From an uncultured bacterium (GTDB lineage: Bacteria > Zixibacteria > MSB-5A5 > CAIYYT01): a stretch of 64,000 nucleotides of DNA. A model generated the notes under the pieces. That model was not told the DNA's origin and did no database searches. It saw only the letters and a list, made by a program, of their open reading frames with translations. Position numbers and translations under genes: made by a program. Shown here in pieces: positions 61,572 through 64,000 of this stretch. The DNA lies in contig CAVSCK010000005.1 of assembly GCA_963726455.1 (NCBI GenBank), forward strand, positions 603,841 through 667,840. The letters run 5' to 3'. The first letter of the stretch is position 1. Each line of letters opens with the position of its first letter.

Positions 61572-62147
61572 CTACGACTTCCTGGGCAGAAGGCAGAGGT
61601 CGATAAAGCCCTTGAGTATTCGCGCAGTCACTCCCCAGATCGTGTACTTTCCGTAATCATAGAAGTAGACCGTTACTTCCCGGCCGCGATGAATCCGCTT
61701 TTCCGTGCGGCAATGATTATCTGATATAAAGAATGACAGGGGGACTTCGATTAGCTCGGCGATTTCGTTCTCGCTGATTTTGAATTCATAAGGATAGGGA
61801 AATACGCCCACATACGGAGTCACTACAAAACTGGTGACAGCCAGCAAGTCATCCAGTTCGCCCAGAATTTCGACGTCTTGTGGCTTGATACCGACTTCTT
61901 CAAAGGTTTCGCGCAGTGCCGTGGCAAGCAAGTCTCGATCGTCATCTTCTCTCGTTCCGCCGGGAAATGATATTTGTCCCTTATGCGAGGCAACTGTATC
62001 TGTGCGCAGAGTCAGCAGAATGTACGGCTCGCCGTCCTTATAGAAGATCGGTATCAACACCGCCGACGGCGTGAATTCCTCTTCGGCGGCAACCGACTTG
62101 TCGTGACGAGCCAGCGAGCTCTTGATCTGTGCCTTAAGCTTTTCCAT
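61572..62147 (-). CDS. CoA pyrophosphatase (Nudix, NudL/PCD1 family)
   Basis: SAVLIP, LLTLRT...HKGQISFPGG...ATALRETFEEVG, IWGVTARIL. Confidence 0.9.
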   Translation of the reverse strand: MEKLKAQIKSSLARHDKSVAAEEEFTPSAVLIPIFYKDGEPYILLTLRTDTVASHKGQISFPGGTREDDDRDLLATALRETFEEVGIKPQDVEILGELDDLLAVTSFVVTPYVGVFPYPYEFKISENEIAELIEVPLSFFISDNHCRTEKRIHRGREVTVYFYDYGKYTIWGVTARILKGFIDLCLLPRKS

Positions 62148-62249
62148 CTCTACCAAAGTAACATTTCAATCATCGGATTGTTTCAAGAGAAACTTTCAGG
62201 ATGCCGGTGCGGAATATCTGGATGATTGGCATGTGTGAATGCCGTTGAA

Positions 62250-63176
62250 CTACGAATCACGCAGGAAATCGAGATTGCGTTTCAGCCGTTTGTAACCGCC
62301 TCGGGCAAGCGGAGTATGACTGAAGAGATAATTGAATTTCTCCTGTGTGAGCCCGAACCACTCTTCGCGCGTCATCTTATACAATTCCTCTTTGGCCCCA
62401 AACTGCGGCTCGGCGTGCTCGGGAGCGCGGCGATTGAAAGGACATACGTCCTGACAAGTGTCACAACCGTAGGCCCAGTTGTCAAACTGCCCAAGCATTT
62501 CATCCGGAAGCTCGCCTTTCGTTTCGATTGTCCAATAGGCGATGCATTTCGTGGCGTTGACGACTCGCGGGCTTACTATTGCACCAGTCGGACAAGCGTC
62601 GACGCAAACATGGCAGGCGGCGCATTCTTCGCCGACCGGCTGGTCGTGATGTAATTCGAAATCGACTATTATTAATGCCAGGAACATGAAGCTGCCAACG
62701 TCACGATGCATAATCAGACTGTTCTTACCGACCCAGCCGATGCCCGCACGCGCGGCCCACGCCTTTTCGAGCATGGCATTGGAATCGATCGAAATCAACG
62801 ATTGGAACTCACCGATCTGTCCGCGAATCTCCTCAATCAATTCCTTGGCTTTGGTTCGCAATACCCGATGGTAGTCGCCGCCCCGCGCGTACTTGGAGAT
62901 CTTGGGCGCTTCGGGATCGAATTGCCGCTTGTTGGATTTGTAGCTTTGTCCCAGGCAAATCACGGATTTGGCGGTAGCCATCAACTTGCGTGGATCAAGC
63001 CGGTCATCGACGCGCCTCGCCATGTAGTCCATCTCGCCATTCATACCGGCATCGAGCCAGTTCCTAAAGCGCGCGACATCCTGGTCAATTTCAGCAACCG
63101 CAGCTATTCCGCAGCGGGCGATTCCAAGCTCCCGTGCTTTGGTCTTGATGAATCGGGTAAGTTCAGCTTTGTTCAT
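62250..63176 (-). CDS. queG: Epoxyqueuosine reductase
   Basis: SKYARGGDYH, EKAWAARAGIGWVGKN, CxxCxxCxxxCPT, YGCDTCQDVCPFN. Confidence 0.94.
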   Translation of the reverse strand: MNKAELTRFIKTKARELGIARCGIAAVAEIDQDVARFRNWLDAGMNGEMDYMARRVDDRLDPRKLMATAKSVICLGQSYKSNKRQFDPEAPKISKYARGGDYHRVLRTKAKELIEEIRGQIGEFQSLISIDSNAMLEKAWAARAGIGWVGKNSLIMHRDVGSFMFLALIIVDFELHHDQPVGEECAACHVCVDACPTGAIVSPRVVNATKCIAYWTIETKGELPDEMLGQFDNWAYGCDTCQDVCPFNRRAPEHAEPQFGAKEELYKMTREEWFGLTQEKFNYLFSHTPLARGGYKRLKRNLDFLRDS

Positions 63177-63330
63177 ATAGATTGTATACGTCTGCCGCCT
63201 CCTCAAAGATACATATTGTCACGATTTCCGCCAGTGGGAAAAGCGATGCCCGCACCAAAGACGACCGCTCCAAGTGCGGCACGCGGCAACGTATAATAGG
63301 ACAAATGAACTACAACACAAGGAAGGCACG

Positions 63331-63960
63331 ATGGACATCACCAATCCCGGAATCAATGATTATCTGTTCAAACTGACGCCGCCGCGACATCGGGTGTTGA
63401 AGCAGATGGAGAAATATGCGGCGACTAATGGATTTCCAATCATCGGACCGCTGGTCGGCCGATTGCTGCAGCAACTTGTCATGCTGACCTCAGCCAGACG
63501 CGTGTTCGAGATGGGCTCAGGATACGGCTATTCCGCGATCTGGATGGCATTGGCCATGCAGGACGGCGGCACCATCGAATGCACGGAATCTGATCCGGTA
63601 AATATCGCGCTGGGCCAGGAGCGTGCCGCCGCTGCCGGCGTCGGTAAGCGAATTATCTGGCATGAGGGCGAGGCGTTGGATTCTATGAAGAAAGCCAAAG
63701 GCAAGTATGATATCATCCTGTGTGACGTGGACAAGCAGCAGTACCCCGAAGCGCTGAAGATCGCGTGGCCAAAGTTAAGACAAGGTGGAATAATGGTGAC
63801 GGACAACGTGCTCTGGTCGGGAAGGATCGTAAGCGAGAAGAAGCCGCAAGAATCAACGGCGAAGATTCTCGAATTCAATAAGAAGATTTACGGCCTGAAA
63901 GATGCCCTCTGTACGCTGCTTCCGCTACGGGATGGATTGATGCTGGCACTGAAGAAATGA
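63331..63960 (+). CDS. SAM-dependent O-methyltransferase
   Basis: FPIIGP.VG, FEMGSGYGYSAIW, DVDKQQYP, DNVLWSG, LPLRDG. Confidence 0.9.
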   Translation: MDITNPGINDYLFKLTPPRHRVLKQMEKYAATNGFPIIGPLVGRLLQQLVMLTSARRVFEMGSGYGYSAIWMALAMQDGGTIECTESDPVNIALGQERAAAAGVGKRIIWHEGEALDSMKKAKGKYDIILCDVDKQQYPEALKIAWPKLRQGGIMVTDNVLWSGRIVSEKKPQESTAKILEFNKKIYGLKDALCTLLPLRDGLMLALKK

Positions 63961-64000
63961 TCCGAGAGTCATGCCGGAATCGTCGGTAAACACACAATTC

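Overview
Chromosomal window of a diderm, probably anaerobic bacterium. The Cys-flanked double-dockerin C-terminal tails, GWxTD protein and Tol-Pal/Mla envelope genes suggest candidate phylum Zixibacteria or a related FCB-group lineage (inference, not a database result). Most content is housekeeping, envelope and signalling: hybrid kinase, miaB, rfaE2, pepP-accB-pilT-ligase-accC-gcvH-gcvPA...gcvPB, tolQRAB-pal-cpoB, ssb, rsmI, iorAB-buk, lgt, two MCPs plus cheW with sigma28-type promoters, mlaEFD, two tRNA-Lys, pdaD plus a DHS-like gene, and queG. No integrase, transposase, phage gene or CRISPR array was seen. The best candidates for new biology are: (1) a five-gene cassette between gcvPA and gcvPB, made of four paralogous zinc-ribbon/DUF2007 proteins and a secreted thioredoxin-TPR protein whose active site reads W-UGA-V-W-C (candidate selenoprotein, truncated in the ORF track); (2) a secreted cohesin+dockerin adaptor next to a second dockerin protein with an almost identical tail; (3) a 3 x 155-bp array built from three different REP-like hairpins, among several other REP-like families in the window; (4) a secreted YHS/TRASH-AhpD fusion. 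Many conserved genes carry small-indel frameshifts that look like long-read consensus errors.
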